Source of the DNA: Takakia lepidozioides
Taxonomy: Eukaryota > Plantae > Bryophyta
Direction of reading: 5' to 3'
Length of the DNA stretch: 64,000 nucleotides
NCBI GenBank assembly: GCA_030704615.1
Contig: CM060734.1
Location: 58,714,001 to 58,778,000, forward strand
The translations under genes and the position numbers were made by a program. This document shows, piece after piece, positions 60,501 through 64,000 of this stretch; within the stretch, counting starts at the first letter, position 1; the number at the start of each line of letters is the position of its first letter. The notes below the pieces were generated by a model. It was not told the origin of the DNA, did no database searches, and was given only the letters and a program-made list of their open reading frames with translations.

Positions 60501-63293
60501 TGGTATGCCGCTTCTTCATAGTCTTTTTATCTGAAGGAGTACACATATTATGAAGCAGAATAGATCAAACCACTGCGAACCAAGAAGCGTGCGTAGTCCT
60601 CAAAGCAGCGAAAGGGACCTTTAGTGAATATTCACCCTCCAACTTTTGCTGGCCTATTAATCGACGACCAACTTGGCAGTTGAGCATTTGTTAGATAATC
60701 AAAAGTTTCAAACTGCTGCACAGAGTGGAGGTTGTAAGGAGAAAGCTGAAGAGTGTGCTTCTATGGGTCAGGCCTGGGGCACTGCAAACCAATCATCAAG
60801 TGGAGCATGTGAAGACTTTTGAGAGCTATTTAAAAGATCTACGAGTAATATTTGGATACCCGGAACGCTTTTTTCAAACAGGACAAGATCTACATGGTTT
60901 CATGGTTCGGCAGCGCAAGTTTTTGCATGGCCAAGAAGCCCGTGATCTGCACTGCATACCCAAGGTCCTATCCCCCACATCCCTCCCCCACCTCCTTTCT
61001 ATCTCCGCTCTGCAGATGCATGACGTGTTTCAGCAATGAACACCCTCGTAGGTTAGTGAATGTGAAATACCAATGTGAATTTGTTCTCTGAACTATCATG
61101 CCACTACATTTCTTGACTAAATGTTCTCTTCCTGTGTTTCATTTTGAAAGAGTCACAAATAATGAAATGAAATGGTGCTTTATAACGTCTGTGGAAAGCT
61201 CATAGAGCTTATGGGACGAAATGGAAAGAAAAACATGAGAGAGAAAACAGGAAACTAGAGATAGAGATAAGAACTATTGTTTGAGTGATTGTCTAAGGGT
61301 GAATGCCTCGTGCAGGTAAGCTGCCAAGCATTTCTGATCTTCATAGTGAAAGACTTCCGTGAGAGATTGGGTTCCACGGAATAGACAATGGAATCTCCTG
61401 CGGATCTCATAGTATAGAGGGCAATAGAAGAAGAATTGTTCTTCAGTTTCAATTTCCTGGTTGCGCCCTGTGCAAGCTGGACATAGGCGGTCCTCCTGCT
61501 GCAGGTTTTCCCATAGAAAGCAATTTTATGTGTAAACAGCTGTTGTTCATCTAATTTTGTCATTATCTAAAATCAGTGTGTGCATTTTTTGGCAGATTGT
61601 TTTCTGGATTACAAAGGACCTCATCAAACGGACAAATTTGGAAAGGGAGAAGAGGGAGAAGATTGCGGATGCGTTTATGACAGAACTAGCATCTGATTTT
61701 GAGACTTCCAGAGATTCCCAGTTCCTTAAACTTGTTGAAGAGACTAAGGTTGCCAACCCCTTGCATCTCTTTCTCACAGGCTTTGTCGTTTTGAGATGAT
61801 TGTTTGTTGGATTGCGGCGATGTTTCAATTCTCGCAACTCTTGCTGCATACTTCCCTTCCCAAACCTCCTTCACATACCAGATGTTCAGCAAACTGGGAA
61901 CCTTTCTCATGCTAACAACATTAATTCAAGATACATTGCATAGATATGAGGAAAGATAGGAATAAGGAACAAAGAAATACTCTTGCATATTTCTACAATG
62001 TGACTATACTCACTGCTGTACAAACACCACTTCATGATGACATTCAATGGGACTGTTTGCCATTCTCTGGGCACAGAGGGTTCTCTCTTCTCTTTCTCTG
62101 GACGAGGGGACAGATGAATGAGTGGACTTTGCTGACTGCAGCAACGGGTGAATGCTGGCATCTGGGATGACGTGGAAAATCTAGACGTACAGGTGCTGGT
62201 ACACCTTTTGGTTGTCTGGATTCGTCTTTTGCAGGTGGCTTTTTGACCCATCCCTTCTGTTGTTGTCAAAATCTGTTTTGCAGTGACAATGTTCCCGAAA
62301 CAATAGATCTGGGTCCATACAGTGCTGAATTGCACCTATAAACGTCAGAAATTTTCGTGTGAATTCCTGAGATGGCTAGTAGAGTACAATTTGGGAAGTG
62401 CATATTGCTTTAGACATGAACATCTAACATTCTCAGAAATGGGGGTTCCCCAACTTTCCTCAGCAATGGCAGACAAGTGCGAAAAGTGGATATGTAGAAG
62501 GCTTTAAGCACATGGAGAGTACTGAGGCAAAGAAGTTAAAAGTGTTGAATGTGGTGATGGGATTACAGAAGCCAATACTACCTGACGGCGTATTGTCATT
62601 GGCGCTCGGTCGCGGAGAAATAGAGGGAGCCATTAGGGAGCTTAATAATTGTGACAAAAGTTCTCTTGCCACCATTCAAATCCTGGCCTGCTGGATGTTT
62701 GAGGTATGTCCCTCTCTCTTCTTACAACCATAATCTATCTAAACTATTGAAGCTTCAAGTAATCCATGAAAATTTGGAGATCTCCATGGTAAGTGACACA
62801 TGATTGCCCTCAAATCTGACTTGGCTAATTCTCATGTGAACCGCAGATAGTACCAGTGAAGCCAAGCTTAATCCGCTGTCTCTACAGTGGATTGGCGCAT
62901 GTATTGCTGCACCGTTCAAGTCTTGAGGATGTGAAAGAGAAGGCCTTTTCCAACCCCGGGTTCTTGAAACCAGGAAGTTCAACCCCCCATGACTCCCAAA
63001 ACGAATCACCATCTTTCAAGAGGCGGTCAATGGTAAGGGGGACGGAAAGCCCTTACTCAAAGTATCGGCCTTCTCATCTAGAAAACGAGTTTGGGTTGTT
63101 GTTGGAGGCTGCAGCACGCTATTGGGTAAAGGAGAGTAAGGCTGCCAGGGCCCGAGTACATGAGAGCATTTTACATAACAGTACAGAGGCTCCGTTAGAT
63201 TATGTTACCAAGGAGAAAAAGCTAAGAGGGCCCTTGACTGAAATTCTTGCCGAGGAACCCTGGATGCAAGAACGTGCAAGCTTGCAGTTTTGA
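57546..63293 (+). CDS. PTPDC1: Protein tyrosine phosphatase domain-containing 1 (PTPDC1-like dual-specificity phosphatase), multi-exon; first exon not identified
   Basis: GLHCNWVTPHILASARPS, NLQEPGEHAMCG, GFSYTPETF, YNYPWRD, VAVHCHSGLG|RTGLVIAC, RPGALQT and RKFLHG. Confidence 0.88.
58581..58705. repeat. Diverged 40-bp intronic tandem repeat
   Basis: Units aacttgataac…aaaga..ttatg at 58581 and 58621, with a partial copy at about 58678. Confidence 0.6.
61161..61514 (-). mobile_element. LINE family B 3' fragment, intronic
   Basis: Reverse complement matches 31610-31945, including the (CATTT)n tail. Confidence 0.9.
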
Positions 63294-64000
63294 TGGACCT
63301 TTCGTGAGGTTGGCAAACAGTGCTTCTTGACCCTTACAGCAGTGACCTGCATACTGTAATACTATAACCACAAGCTGTTGGAATAGCAACTGTCAGAAAG
63401 GTTCAACTTTCAGAAGCCTCAGTTACTTGATGGTCTTGGTTAGCAAGACAGCAAGAGAGATTGCATTATTTATCCAACTCTTTCTTCTCTGCCACCAAGA
63501 ACATCTACCTCTCTTCTTTGCAAGGCAAGGAAACTGATTGGTTCCTTGCTTGTCGGCCATTGCTGTGAGAGTACTCCCCGACCATCACATAACCCATTTA
63601 GGTGTTACTAGAATCTTTCAAATGTTCAGAAGTTCAATTAAGATGTTCAATAGCTTTGTATGAAATGTCCGAAGAGTATTTTCAGGAACATCGAGAGAAA
63701 GGGATTACTCATGAGACTTTGCTTTCCATAGCCTAGCAGCCATGGCCGCCTTAATCATTCCTGAAGTCAAGGGCTTACGCACCTTGAAGAAGGAGCACAC
63801 TAGAGCTCAGAGAAAGAATGAAGAGTAAATGACTGATCTTAAGTGCAGAAACCATGGGCAGAGGTCACTGTTGGATGTCATGTAGATAAAGTGCCCCTGT
63901 ATGGGCAATCAGCATCTCCAACTGCGAGGCTTAGCATTCCCCTGGACTGATTGTGTACAATGAAGAGATCAGTGTTCACCTTAACCTGATAAACAAGCTT

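Noticed and set aside
60725-60771. VVRRKLKSVLLWV as PTPDC1 coding sequence
   Set aside because: A micro-exon at 60283-60308 (AVQGVRDCR) spliced to 60772 fits the family alignment better.

Overview
Nuclear DNA of a land plant with flagellated sperm, probably a bryophyte or other non-seed plant. The evidence is spliceosomal introns, a PLS-class PPR-DYW RNA-editing factor, and the cilium-associated genes ODF3/SHIPPO-like and PTPDC1. Apparently intact host genes: xylulose kinase (10.5-15.0 kb), SAC3/GANP family protein (15.6-19.7 kb), PPR-DYW (22.6-27.1 kb), TruA-family pseudouridine synthase (33.5-37.3 kb), AGC2/OXI1-like kinase (37.8-39.5 kb), ODF3/SHIPPO-repeat protein (54.1-54.9 kb) and PTPDC1 (57.5-63.3 kb). 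An F-box gene is cleanly interrupted by a LINE. Accessory DNA includes a SWIM-protein element with a phased 42-bp palindrome array and a Helitron-like end, a decayed P-element-type transposase, two LINE families with many ultra-short tail insertions, PPR/MED7 pseudogene fragments, and an orphan-ORF island (47-53 kb). The best candidate for a novel system is the C-to-U type PPR-DYW deaminase gene, whose upstream exons encode three intron-split OSB-type 'PDF' ssDNA-binding motifs and whose PPR array was recently amplified and re-coded. All calls come from manual reading; no database search was run.
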